A stretch of DNA of 64,000 nucleotides from Thermodesulfobacteriota bacterium. Lineage in GTDB: Bacteria > Desulfobacterota_D > UBA1144 > Nemesobacterales > Nemesobacteraceae. The stretch's first letter is position 1. Every line of letters starts with the position of its first letter. Below, one piece after another: positions 1 to 9,565 of this stretch. The stretch spans positions 513,177 through 577,176 of the forward strand of contig OZ251569.1 of the NCBI GenBank assembly GCA_965243595.1, read 5' to 3'. The position numbers were made by a program, and so were the translations under genes. The notes under the pieces are model-generated. The model saw nothing but the letters and a program-made list of their open reading frames with translations. It was not told the DNA's origin and ran no database searches.

Positions 1-2406
1 CCTCGGGAAGCTTTCACGCAGCTGTCGAACGAATTGGCCCGCAAGACGAAAACACCTTTCCTGTTTCCAGTGCCGAACACGGACAATTCGGATGTCATAA
101 GATCTTTTCGGAGACGCTTGGAACAGGTTGCGGACCTGATCGAAACCGACAAGCCCAAAACACTTCTGGTAATACTGATCGATGCGGCCGACAACGCCGT
201 CGCCGCGTCCAGAATCCCTCCCGCTGGCGAATGCTTCGTCCACGACCTGACGCGAATGCGTCAATTGCCGGACAACGTCCGGATCGTGGTCAGCACGAGA
301 ACCAGCCGCAAGAATTCCCTGGAATTGCCGTCCGAGTGTGAGGAAGTGTTCTGTCCTCCGTTTTCGCCGGAAGAAACCGGGCGATTTCTGGCGCGGCGGT
401 TTGCCGACCTACCCAGAAGTCTGGTTGAAGACTTTCATCACCTGTCGGACGGCAACCCGAGGGTTCAGTCGTCCGCCCTTGCCGGCCGCGACAGTTTTGA
501 AGAAGCCATGACATTCCTCCGCCCGGGCGGAAAATCCCTGGAAGACATTTACAGGGAGTCGGTGGACACGGCCCTGCTTCGCGCGGGCGGCGATATTTCA
601 CCGGAACTTTTCCGCTCGGCGCTCTCGATCATGCCTTCTCCCGTTCCGGCGAGACTGCTCGGTACCGTCTGCGGTACGAACGAGAACGCCATTGAAGAAA
701 TCTGCGAAGAACTGGTTCCGAATCTTCGGGTTGAGGGACGGAAAGTCAAAGTCGCGAACGAGGATTTCGAAAATTTCTGCGAAGAGCGAGGCGCCAACAT
801 CAAGAACGAAGCGATGCCACGAGTCGCGGAGGTGTTGCGTAAGAACCGCTTTGAATCGGAATACGCGGCGGTCCACTTGTTCGACATCCTGCTGGCCGCG
901 GGACGCAACGAAGAAATTTTCAACCTGATCACGGAAAAAGATTCAACGCGCGCCATCAAAGACCCGGTAGTTCGTCGCCGAACCGACCTTGCGAGGCGGC
1001 GCACTTCCGTGTCGATCGTTTCTCGTTGCGACAACTATGTTGAAGCGGTTAAAAGAATTCTCGTCGGTTCCGAAGCTATCGAGACCGCCTGGAAAACCAA
1101 CGAGACGCTACTTGGAAATCTGGATTTGTCCGCCCGTTTTTGCCAGGAGGAAATATGCAGGCTCGTTCTTAACGACCCGGAGCAACGGGGAAGGCAGGGT
1201 TCTCTCCTTGCGTACCTCAGCATGGAACACGCACTCGCTGGAAATGCTCCCGCATCCCGCGAAGCGTTTCACCGAGTTCGGGAGAAAAGCCGTTTGAGCG
1301 ATCAAGACGGCTGGAAACCTGAAAAAGAAGAGTTCGTAGCCGTGGTCACGGGATTTTATAAGAACGACGGCTGGAAAAAAGCGGAAAAGTATTGCGAGCG
1401 CTATCCGGAATTGTTTTCAGTGTTTCTGAAGTACGAACTCCTCAAGTTTGTCGCGCTCAGCGAAGGCATCGACCGAATAAGAAACATCAGACAAAAGATG
1501 AATCCTCAGCAACGTTGGATCGCCTGCGTGTTCATCAAGCGACGCGGCGGAGAGATCTCGGCCAAAGACCTTGAAGACGACCTTGGAGCTCTCACGGACT
1601 TCGACTTCGGATGCATGGATGTCGGCGACTTTGAAGAATTCGACAGGTCGAAAAGCCTCCCGCTGGTTGACGATCTTCTGTTCTTCGCCGAGGTCTGCGG
1701 AGGGTGCGGAGTCAACAGCAGGAGCGTGGCCGAACTCGTGGGAAAGATTCTGCCGCAAGCGGAACGTAAAATCGAGGATGCGATGATGAGAAGACCTTGT
1801 CTCATCGACTTCAGCTACAGGGCCGCGCGCTTGGAAACCCTCGGCGAAAACGTCGCTCTTGAAGTTGAAGATGTTTTTCAGTTTCCCGAGAGTCAAAGCG
1901 ATATCGACAAGGGTTCCAGTACGCAACAACCCCGATCTCTTGAAGGAAATATCCGCGACGCGAAGCAACTGCTGCCGTTTTACAAAACGCTCGCAGCGGG
2001 ACACGCGACAGAAGCAGACGGGAACTTGCGCGAAGCGACAAGCAGTCTGCTCAAAGAGGCAGAAACCATTTTCTCAAGCTCGCTTCCTTGGGATCTTCCC
2101 CATATCGTGGAGGTGATCGGCCGCCGCGTTTTCGATCTTCAGATCATAAACGGAATGAAGATCGATCAAACGCTCAACATCCTTGATAAAACAACCTCGA
2201 GAGGCTGGCCGTTCGACAGACTGCAACTTGCGATGCGCGGCGGCGAGTTCTTCGACAAGGTCATAAATCTCCTCCGCGATTACGCCCTGTCCCTTGAAAA
2301 TTCCAATTGGCTCGCCACGGAAAAGGCCGACGAGTTGATCGAGATCAGCCGCTTTCTGCTTCCGGTCAGCGAGGATGAATCGCGCGAGTACTTCGAAAAG
2401 CCCTGA
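1..2406 (+). CDS. STAND-family (NACHT/AP-ATPase-like) NTPase with a C-terminal helical/repeat region. It is truncated at the 5' window edge because the frame is open from nt 1.
   Basis: Walker B-like 'LLVILIDAADN', downstream 'IVVSTRT' (sensor-1-like) and 'GNP' (GxP-like) motifs. A long alpha-helical C-terminus follows. No stop between nt 1 and the first listed start, so the Walker A lies upstream of the window. Confidence 0.5.
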   Translation, partial: PREAFTQLSNELARKTKTPFLFPVPNTDNSDVIRSFRRRLEQVADLIETDKPKTLLVILIDAADNAVAASRIPPAGECFVHDLTRMRQLPDNVRIVVSTRTSRKNSLELPSECEEVFCPPFSPEETGRFLARRFADLPRSLVEDFHHLSDGNPRVQSSALAGRDSFEEAMTFLRPGGKSLEDIYRESVDTALLRAGGDISPELFRSALSIMPSPVPARLLGTVCGTNENAIEEICEELVPNLRVEGRKVKVANEDFENFCEERGANIKNEAMPRVAEVLRKNRFESEYAAVHLFDILLAAGRNEEIFNLITEKDSTRAIKDPVVRRRTDLARRRTSVSIVSRCDNYVEAVKRILVGSEAIETAWKTNETLLGNLDLSARFCQEEICRLVLNDPEQRGRQGSLLAYLSMEHALAGNAPASREAFHRVREKSRLSDQDGWKPEKEEFVAVVTGFYKNDGWKKAEKYCERYPELFSVFLKYELLKFVALSEGIDRIRNIRQKMNPQQRWIACVFIKRRGGEISAKDLEDDLGALTDFDFGCMDVGDFEEFDRSKSLPLVDDLLFFAEVCGGCGVNSRSVAELVGKILPQAERKIEDAMMRRPCLIDFSYRAARLETLGENVALEVEDVFQFPESQSDIDKGSSTQQPRSLEGNIRDAKQLLPFYKTLAAGHATEADGNLREATSSLLKEAETIFSSSLPWDLPHIVEVIGRRVFDLQIINGMKIDQTLNILDKTTSRGWPFDRLQLAMRGGEFFDKVINLLRDYALSLENSNWLATEKADELIEISRFLLPVSEDESREYFEKP

Positions 2407-2462
2407 ATATCGTCAAGGACATCGACTATGAACTGATTTACCAGCTCGACTGCCTTCTGGAA

Positions 2463-5345
2463 ATGGCGGGCGGGTTTTCCGGGGACACTCCCCGGAACCG
2501 GAAGTGCGGCGAAAATCTCGCGAGGCTCGTCAGACGCGCGGCCATGCTTCTGGGAGACGAAAAGTCTTTCCCGTACGCCAGGTCAATGGAAGCCGTCGCC
2601 TCCTTGTCGACTCCCGTCGCCGCCTGCGTTCTGAACCGGTGGGCGGACGAGGGATTCGTTGAGACGGACATGTACGCGGCGATCTTTCTACGCAAGGCGA
2701 TCAGCCGCAAAACCTTGCCCGAATCCCATGTAACCGCGCTTTCCCTGCTTGCGGGAGGTCACGGCGGGCTGCTGACGGATCCGATATGCGAGTCCGCAAG
2801 AGAACTCCCTGAAAGCGTTCGCGACAAGATTCTGACCGAGGTCGCCGGACGCGAACTGACGAATCTCGCTCCCGACGCACCGAAGGCGATGGGCGGACAG
2901 CTTGAACGCCTGGCGGAGTCGCTTGAGAAACCCAACGCTACATTCGGGAATCTGGCCGACGCGCATGCGTTTCTGAAAAGCAACTCTCTTGCGGAAAAAC
3001 CGCCACCCCGCTACCCGCTTCCCGGCACCGGTGCCGAAAACATGCAAAAACCGGACTGGTCGGAAGTCGACGTTCTGAACCCGGACGAGATGTCGGCAGT
3101 AATGGAGGCCAACAGGGCCGCGGGTTATCACGACGAAAAGACCTTCTACTCCGACTTGGCGAAACGTGTGGAGTCCGGCGACCGGATCGGGCATCTGGAC
3201 GCGATGGCCGTCATAGCCAAGTCAAAATCTTATCCCGCGAACGAAGCGCTGCATATAGCAAACTGCCTGGAGAAGTGGCAGAGGGAGGCCGTGAAGAGGT
3301 GGGCGAGGGAAACTCTCCCCGACCTGATCGTCCAACTTAGTCCGACGATTATGAGTCATTACAGCGAGCCTTTCGAGGCGCTGGTCGAAGCGTCGGGCGT
3401 TGCCGGCGAGAAGCTCAGGAACACGATCGTCGCCGCCGTGGAGAGAAACGCCCACAGGGCAAGCTCGAACGAGCTGCGGAAATACACCGCGGCGCTGGTC
3501 GGCACCCTGCCCGAGGAGGCGGCGGGAGAAGTGTTCGACTGGTACGTCTCAAGGCTGAACGACAGAATCGACGTTCGGGAAACATCGCCCGGAAGACACG
3601 ACATTCCGACTGACGACCTGCCTGACTCTTCCGACGAAATAGCCGCCGCGACGCTCTACCGCTTCCTCGGGGACATGGACGTCCGCCTCCGCTGGCGCGC
3701 CGCGCACTCCATCCGGGCGTTCGTCCGGCTGGGCGACGAGGGTGTCGTCCCGGCTCTAGTTCGACACGCCCTGGCCACCGAGTCCAGAGCCTACACGTTC
3801 GGCGACATGCCGTTTCACGAACTGACCGCGAGGCTGTTTCTGGCGATGACCCTGGCGCGCGTCGCGTTCGAATCTCCCGAAACCGTGGCGTCGGTCGACA
3901 ACGACGTTCTGCGGCTCGCAACCGACGGGCCGCCCCACGTTATGATAGAGCACTACGTGAAACGGGCGCTGATGCAAGCGGGAAAGGCCACGGAAACGCC
4001 CGGAGCATCCTCCCAGCAGATAAAGCGTCTCGCATGTCCCGTAAAGGGCTACTCGAAGCCTTCGGAGAAACAGAGCCAAGGAAGTTTCCGTTTCAGAACG
4101 AGTCCGAAGGACATACGCTTCAATTTCGATTTACTGGATACTCTGCCGTACTGGTACGAGCCCGCTATGAATATCTTCGCGGACGTATCCGCGGAAGAAT
4201 TTCTCGAACGGGCGGATTTCTGGATCGTGGACCGGTGGAACGGAAACGAAAACGACGGAGACCCGCATCGAGACCCCAGGCACAACCGTTTGGAACTGAC
4301 CGGGCGGACGACATCGAGGCACGGCGCAACCTATCCCGCCTTGGAGTCCCGCGCAAGGTATCTCGAATGGCACGCGATGTGCGTGGTCGTCGGGGAGTTT
4401 CTGCGAACCCGCAAGCTCGCGGAAACGGAAGACGAAAACCCTCTCAAAGAATGGATTGAACGTTGGGACACCGTCTACGAGGGGGCGTGGGTCTGCGACC
4501 TGCTCCGTCCAATTCCGCCGGAGCCGAGATACTGGGTCCGGCCGAGCGAGAACGACCCCGGCTGGCTCAACCCCGCTGGAGAAGAAACCCTGTTTGACGA
4601 GCTGTTCATCGAATCGCGGGGCCGGCCAGTGATTTTCTCTTATCGGGAAACGGTAAAATATTCTTCCGGCAAAAGAGAAGCGGGACAGATGGTCAAGGTG
4701 GCCTCTTCCCTGGTGCCGCCCGAAACCGCGCTTGCGCTCGCCAGAGCGTTCCGGGCTGCGGGCTATCCATGGGACGTTGAACTGCCCGATAGTTCCCTTG
4801 ACGACAACTTGAGAATAGAAGGATTCACGGCGCGGCGAACGGCGGTCGACCGCATGGGATATTCCGACGGCGGTTTCGATTCGTCGGATCCAATGAGCGG
4901 GAACGCGGCAATCGGAGTGAGCCTCGAGCCCGCGGAAATCCTCGTGAAATCCTTGCGGCTTTCCCGAACCTCTCCCTGGAGCGGAACATGGAGTTCAGAC
5001 AAATCGGACCGGGAGGTCTGCCGTTACGACTCCTGGAGCACTCAACGCAACGACGACTACGATTCCCGCGAGCTCAGCCGGCACGGCACGGCCGTCTACG
5101 GGGAGAGGCTTGCGGTCGACGCGGAGGCCCTCGCGAGGGTACTTGAGAAACTCGGCAACGACCTTCTGGTCGTCGTCAAAATGAAAAACTTCAGAGGTGA
5201 GATATATGCACGCATCAACGAAGAGGACGGGAAAGAAAGCTCTTCCGTCGGCGCCTACGTCCTCAGACGAGACGGAACCGTCGAAGACGCGAACGGAAAA
5301 GCTGCTGGAACTTGGCTCCCGGATAGCCAGGGACATAGGGGCTGA
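2463..5345 (+). CDS. Large (960 aa) HEAT/PBS-lyase-like repeat protein of unknown function
   Basis: HEAT-like repeats, e.g. 'DVRLRWRAAHSIRAFVRLGDEGVVPALVRHALA'. Uniform coding composition, same strand and closely spaced after the STAND gene. Confidence 0.55.
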   Translation: MAGGFSGDTPRNRKCGENLARLVRRAAMLLGDEKSFPYARSMEAVASLSTPVAACVLNRWADEGFVETDMYAAIFLRKAISRKTLPESHVTALSLLAGGHGGLLTDPICESARELPESVRDKILTEVAGRELTNLAPDAPKAMGGQLERLAESLEKPNATFGNLADAHAFLKSNSLAEKPPPRYPLPGTGAENMQKPDWSEVDVLNPDEMSAVMEANRAAGYHDEKTFYSDLAKRVESGDRIGHLDAMAVIAKSKSYPANEALHIANCLEKWQREAVKRWARETLPDLIVQLSPTIMSHYSEPFEALVEASGVAGEKLRNTIVAAVERNAHRASSNELRKYTAALVGTLPEEAAGEVFDWYVSRLNDRIDVRETSPGRHDIPTDDLPDSSDEIAAATLYRFLGDMDVRLRWRAAHSIRAFVRLGDEGVVPALVRHALATESRAYTFGDMPFHELTARLFLAMTLARVAFESPETVASVDNDVLRLATDGPPHVMIEHYVKRALMQAGKATETPGASSQQIKRLACPVKGYSKPSEKQSQGSFRFRTSPKDIRFNFDLLDTLPYWYEPAMNIFADVSAEEFLERADFWIVDRWNGNENDGDPHRDPRHNRLELTGRTTSRHGATYPALESRARYLEWHAMCVVVGEFLRTRKLAETEDENPLKEWIERWDTVYEGAWVCDLLRPIPPEPRYWVRPSENDPGWLNPAGEETLFDELFIESRGRPVIFSYRETVKYSSGKREAGQMVKVASSLVPPETALALARAFRAAGYPWDVELPDSSLDDNLRIEGFTARRTAVDRMGYSDGGFDSSDPMSGNAAIGVSLEPAEILVKSLRLSRTSPWSGTWSSDKSDREVCRYDSWSTQRNDDYDSRELSRHGTAVYGERLAVDAEALARVLEKLGNDLLVVVKMKNFRGEIYARINEEDGKESSSVGAYVLRRDGTVEDANGKAAGTWLPDSQGHRG

Positions 5346-5952
5346 GGGGCATCGCAACGTTACCGGTCAATGGATCGCCCACCACCTGGCCGAAAAGATC
5401 GAGGCGGCCAAGACCGACCCGACGCTCGAAGACGAATGCGTGGACCTGATCCTGAAGCTATGGAGTTCGCGCAGGGACTTTCCCCAGGGCGATCCCTTCG
5501 AGCGTTACGAGAACCTGCTCGCCACTCTTCAGGCATATTTCCCCGACGATTCAAGAATAGCGGCAGAACCGCGGCTCGGAGGTCCTCCCGAGAACGAACT
5601 GATCGATATCGCGTCCGAAGTCGACATATGCTCAAGACGGCTGGTCAAAGCCATTTTGGTAGAGGCGTTCAGGAGCACCGGGATGGAGAACGACGAACTT
5701 CTCGCGATGGCCAACGAGGCAGTTCCCGATAAACTGACGCGCTTTACGCTAAAAGCAATGCCTCCTCCTTTCGCAAGCGAAGAACGCGAAACCGAAGAAG
5801 GCACGGGGGAGGAAGAATGCCTCTTCGGGGAACTCGAGGAAAACGAAACCGACTACGCGGGGCTGCCGGACGACATCGCCCAACCAATGAAAGAACTCGA
5901 CCGGGCCGTGCGCAGGTACAAGAAGATGTACGCAGACCCGGAAGACGGTTGA
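5197..5952 (+). CDS. Hypothetical acidic protein; start uncertain because it overlaps the end of the upstream gene in another frame
   Basis: 251-aa ORF with protein-like composition and an acidic C-terminus. It is third in the same-strand cluster. There is no ATG/GTG downstream of 5345, so the true start or the upstream stop is unclear. Confidence 0.35.
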   Translation: MRYMHASTKRTGKKALPSAPTSSDETEPSKTRTEKLLELGSRIARDIGAEGHRNVTGQWIAHHLAEKIEAAKTDPTLEDECVDLILKLWSSRRDFPQGDPFERYENLLATLQAYFPDDSRIAAEPRLGGPPENELIDIASEVDICSRRLVKAILVEAFRSTGMENDELLAMANEAVPDKLTRFTLKAMPPPFASEERETEEGTGEEECLFGELEENETDYAGLPDDIAQPMKELDRAVRRYKKMYADPEDG

Positions 5953-6088
5953 TCACTCGGAGGCGGTTTTCGGCGTTTGCCTTTCTTCTTTTCTTCAACC
6001 TCCCGGACTTCCGGAACAAAAGCGGGTTGCTTTGCTTTCGGAGAAGATTCAAGGTCTCGGTCATATCCGCGCAGGACTCGTTTTCGGC

Positions 6089-7936
6089 TCATCCATCCCC
6101 GACCCTCTTTGCGATTTCGTCGAACCATTTCCTGATTTCGTCGTAGCCGCCGCGGTCCCGCAACCGGTCGGGCGTCATTCGTTCAGCGACATCCTCGTTC
6201 AACCAGCGCTTTACCGTGCGGCGGCGAATTGTCCCCCGTCCAACCAGCAGTTCCTTGATCCTGCTTTCGACATCGCAATCATCGGTCAGGTCAAATTCCA
6301 GCGGAGAACCGAGCATCGGCTCGAGAACATCGTTGATCGCGTCGAGATGCAGGTAATTCTCCATTTCCCGCTTCTCCGTAAGGAACGCGACGGAACCGTC
6401 GTTCCTGTCGTTCACTTCGTCTCTGGCATCCTGATATTTGTACTTGCCGTTTTCGTCGGGCAGGGCGCGGTCGTAAATATGCACTTCCGGCAAGTCGAGA
6501 TTCTTCAGGTAGCGCTGGTTTACCCACTCCCGCAGAGTGCTTCCGCCGAGAGGGACGAACGCAACCCTCGGGTCGCCGAAGACGTCCATTACCGCATCGT
6601 CCTCCTCGCGCAGCGTTCTGTTTATCCGCTCGAGAAACCGGAGGTCGTGCGGACCTTCCACGCATACCAGCACTCTGGCGCGACCGTCCGGAAGAATTCC
6701 CAAGCTCGAAACGACTTTGCGTACGACATCCTCGTCGTCCGTGAGCACCTCGCAGCCTTCTTGCCCGCGAGAGCGTACGTATCGAATGCGTTCTACGGGC
6801 AGAAGCGAGGCTACGGCCGGAACGTGAGTGGTGAGCATCACCTGATGTCCGTCGCTGTCCGCTATGGACCGGAGAGCTTCAACGACCTTGCGCTGGTTGT
6901 CGGGATGCTGGGAGGTTTCGGGTTCCTCGACCGCGTAGACGATGTTTCCCTTCCCGTTTTCCTCGCGGAGACGCTCCGCCTCGGCCATGAAGAAACTGAA
7001 CAGAATCAGACGGCGCACGCCGCTTCCCCGCTTGTTGACGGGTATGTCGTCATCGCCCGTCAGGGACAGCTTGAACAGGCCGTCCCATCTGGGCTCGGTC
7101 TTAAAATCGGGCCTGAGCTTCGACGCCAGGGAATCGTCGAACTCCGCGAGCTTCTCGATGGTTCGGTTCGCCACGCCCAGGGTTTTTTCCCGCACCTCGT
7201 TTTTCACGACATCGAGCGCTCTTTCCGCTTCGGCTATGGCTTGTTTTACCGCCACCTTCAATGGATTCTGGACTTCGGAATCTTCGTCCGTCGACGGCCG
7301 GTCCGCCCGGAAAAGCGCATACTCGGGAAGGTACCCGGAAAGTCGTTCCCAGATGGTCTTTCCGTCTTCCTTGTTGAGCGGGATTTCGACTTTCTGTAAC
7401 CGCAAGTCGTCCGAGGCATCCCATATGGCTCTTCTCAGTGCCACGTTGGAGCGTTTGTCCGCTTTTTCGTCTATTTCCGCCTGTTTTCCTATATTCTTCA
7501 GGTCGGAATTTTTCTTCAACAGCAAGTCGTCGCAACCCTGCGCCGTCGGGTGGTTGGCGACCGCGACGACTCTGGGTTTTTTCAACTGACCTCCCGGAAA
7601 ATCGAAAATCTTGTGGATCTCGAGGTGTCCGTCCTCGTTCAGAAGATGCTCGTCCGCGAGAGTCGTCTCGGAAGTCTCGTCGATCGTTATCGAGTCGGGG
7701 AAGTCCGTGAAAACGCACCCGATGCGCAATTCTCCCTCGTCTCCGGCGTGAACGCAGATGTCGGAACCGTCGATTTTTCCCAGCGGATGATGGTCGAAGA
7801 AAACGGCCGGCGCGTCGAAAACGGACGACTTGCCAGCGTCGTTTTTCCCTATAAACGCGGTCAGATCGTCTATCGGAATGCGGTGACGGTTCCTGTACAC
7901 GCGAAAATTTTCGATAACGACTTCCTTGAGAATCAC
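6089..7936 (-). CDS. OLD-family ABC-type ATPase fused to a TOPRIM nuclease domain (class-1 OLD / GajA-like)
   Basis: N-terminal 'MILKEVVIENFRVYRN' with Walker A 'GKNDAGKSS'. Signature-like 'RGSGVRRLI', Walker B 'IVYAVEEPETSQHPD' and H-loop 'LTTH'. C-terminal TOPRIM-like 'VLVCVEGPHDLRFL' plus an acidic DxD region. 615 aa, typical of P2 Old-like proteins. Confidence 0.85.
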   Translation of the reverse strand: MILKEVVIENFRVYRNRHRIPIDDLTAFIGKNDAGKSSVFDAPAVFFDHHPLGKIDGSDICVHAGDEGELRIGCVFTDFPDSITIDETSETTLADEHLLNEDGHLEIHKIFDFPGGQLKKPRVVAVANHPTAQGCDDLLLKKNSDLKNIGKQAEIDEKADKRSNVALRRAIWDASDDLRLQKVEIPLNKEDGKTIWERLSGYLPEYALFRADRPSTDEDSEVQNPLKVAVKQAIAEAERALDVVKNEVREKTLGVANRTIEKLAEFDDSLASKLRPDFKTEPRWDGLFKLSLTGDDDIPVNKRGSGVRRLILFSFFMAEAERLREENGKGNIVYAVEEPETSQHPDNQRKVVEALRSIADSDGHQVMLTTHVPAVASLLPVERIRYVRSRGQEGCEVLTDDEDVVRKVVSSLGILPDGRARVLVCVEGPHDLRFLERINRTLREEDDAVMDVFGDPRVAFVPLGGSTLREWVNQRYLKNLDLPEVHIYDRALPDENGKYKYQDARDEVNDRNDGSVAFLTEKREMENYLHLDAINDVLEPMLGSPLEFDLTDDCDVESRIKELLVGRGTIRRRTVKRWLNEDVAERMTPDRLRDRGGYDEIRKWFDEIAKRVGDG

Positions 7937-8000
7937 TACTGTTCGCCTCTCGTTTTCATAATTGGATTATCCACAGGTTTCACTTGGGAAAAACCGGAAC

Positions 8001-9164
8001 TCATTTCCCCGGCAGACCGTCCTTCAGCTTTTTCAGGTTCTCCTCGTAACCCTTCAGGTACCCGAGAAAAGGATGGGATATCGTCTTTTCGGCTTCGATG
8101 AAAGTCCTTATGTTCCAGCCCGCCTCAACGAGGTCGGAGGCGGCGAACGCAAACTCCAGGGTGTTCGTCAGAAAAACTCTCGCGCTCTCTTCGTCGCAAT
8201 ACGCGCGGGCCCGGTCGGAATCGCCGTGCACGTAGCGATTGCGACAGTTCACCGCTTCTTCCGTCACCATGTCGAAGTCCGGAATCTTGTCCCCGATCAG
8301 CTCTTTTATACGACGCGCGCGGCGGACAACCTTTTCCTTAAGCGTGATTTTTCTTCCGGGCCGGCCGGAGGAAACGGCCTCGGGAGGAAGAAGGTCGAAC
8401 ATGTTCGCGACCGCGACCAGGCGGTCCACGTCGTACAGGCTCCGCTTCGCGAAGCAGCCGGAAAACCTGTCTCTGGCTTCGCTTCTCGCTTCGTATCGCT
8501 CGAGCCAGCCGCTCATGACCCGCTTGAACTCCTCCGGGTTGCCGACGGGATCTACGAGAGGTTCGGGTTTCACCTCGCTTTCCAACCGTTCGCGCCCGTA
8601 AAACCGCCTCGCGTAAACCCGAAACCTCCTCGTCTCCGGCTCTCCCCCCGAGGCCGCCCGCTTGCGAAGCAGAAGGTTTTCCAGATTCTGCGGACGGCCC
8701 GCGAGAAGCTCGAGAAACCGCAGAATTTTTTCGGTCCCGCCGACGGCGTCCCGGTAATTCACCGCTTCGGCGAACCGCAGATGCACGTAGGTTCTGTTGT
8801 CCATCCTTGCGCCGTCGGGACCGGTGGACAGATATGTTTCGCGGCGAGCCGATATGTTTCCCAGCGACGTGTCGACTTCGAAAACCTGGTTCCTGCCCGT
8901 GTAGTAAAAGACCGCGGCGGCGAAAACGTCGGGGTCGTGAAACAGGACGTTTGCGTCGTCGGAAAGAAAACTCGCCTCGTCCACGGTCTCTTCCCCGGGG
9001 GAAAAGTGTTCGGAGACGTCGGTCCCGAAAACGACGCAGTCGAGAGAGAACACGGCGTAATAGACGCGTTTTCCTCCTGCGTCGGGAATTCTTGAAACGC
9101 GAATCAGTTTCCGTTCGCAACCGATCAGCGACACGTCGCCCAGGTCGTTCACCGTTCCCTTCAT
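8001..9164 (-). CDS. Hypothetical 387-aa protein immediately upstream of the OLD-family ATPase in the same operon. Its N-terminus has truncated paralog fragments elsewhere in the window.
   Basis: 64-bp gap to the OLD gene on the same strand. Protein-like composition with no recognisable catalytic motif. N-terminal 'DVSLIGCERK' is related to the fragments 'DVAEVSLVGTCYGES' (~14.1 kb) and 'DVAEVSLIGMGYGES' (~28.75 kb). Confidence 0.6.
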   Translation of the reverse strand: MKGTVNDLGDVSLIGCERKLIRVSRIPDAGGKRVYYAVFSLDCVVFGTDVSEHFSPGEETVDEASFLSDDANVLFHDPDVFAAAVFYYTGRNQVFEVDTSLGNISARRETYLSTGPDGARMDNRTYVHLRFAEAVNYRDAVGGTEKILRFLELLAGRPQNLENLLLRKRAASGGEPETRRFRVYARRFYGRERLESEVKPEPLVDPVGNPEEFKRVMSGWLERYEARSEARDRFSGCFAKRSLYDVDRLVAVANMFDLLPPEAVSSGRPGRKITLKEKVVRRARRIKELIGDKIPDFDMVTEEAVNCRNRYVHGDSDRARAYCDEESARVFLTNTLEFAFAASDLVEAGWNIRTFIEAEKTISHPFLGYLKGYEENLKKLKDGLPGK

Positions 9165-9179
9165 AAAGTCGACGAAACG

Positions 9180-9395
9180 TCAATCGTCGCCTCCCGGTCC
9201 GTCGGACTCCCCGCCCCACACCTCGAGGCGGATTTCCCGTCCGGCCACGTCGAATTTTCCCTGAACTTCCTTTCCCGAAGGAAGAGTGAACGCTCCGGCG
9301 AACATACGGTTCTCCAGGGCGAAAAACAGGGGATTCTCAAGATCGACGGGCGTCGACTGCCCGGCAACCGGCGGCTTGTCCGAATCGTCTGCCAA
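9180..9395 (-). CDS. Small leader-like ORF (71 aa) heading the OLD operon. Its first ~50 codons and the upstream region are duplicated at 14187–14342.
   Basis: ORF 'MADDSDKPPVAGQSTPVDLENPLFFALENRMFAGAFTLPSGKEVQGKFDVAG...'. An AT-rich promoter-like region lies upstream (9400–9500). In the second copy the only differences are P->T and A->V substitutions, i.e. amino-acid sequence is retained. Confidence 0.4.
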   Translation of the reverse strand: MADDSDKPPVAGQSTPVDLENPLFFALENRMFAGAFTLPSGKEVQGKFDVAGREIRLEVWGGESDGPGGDD

Positions 9396-9400
9396 AACTG
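9246..9400 (-). repeat. ~155-bp dispersed repeat, copy 1 (5' end of the leader ORF of the OLD operon)
   Basis: Near-identical to 14187–14342 by direct reading (about 95% identity). Confidence 0.8.
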
Positions 9401-9565
9401 CTCCTCCGCAGATGCTGCAAACTTTTTCCCATTTTTCCTAACTATCGCAAATTTTTCATTTTTGCCTCCTTTGGACAGTTGTCCACATAATTTCCAAAAG
9501 TTTAAAAAATGATCTTCGAGAACATTCCCGGAGAAACAATCTATAAATCAGAGTTTCTTAAAAGC

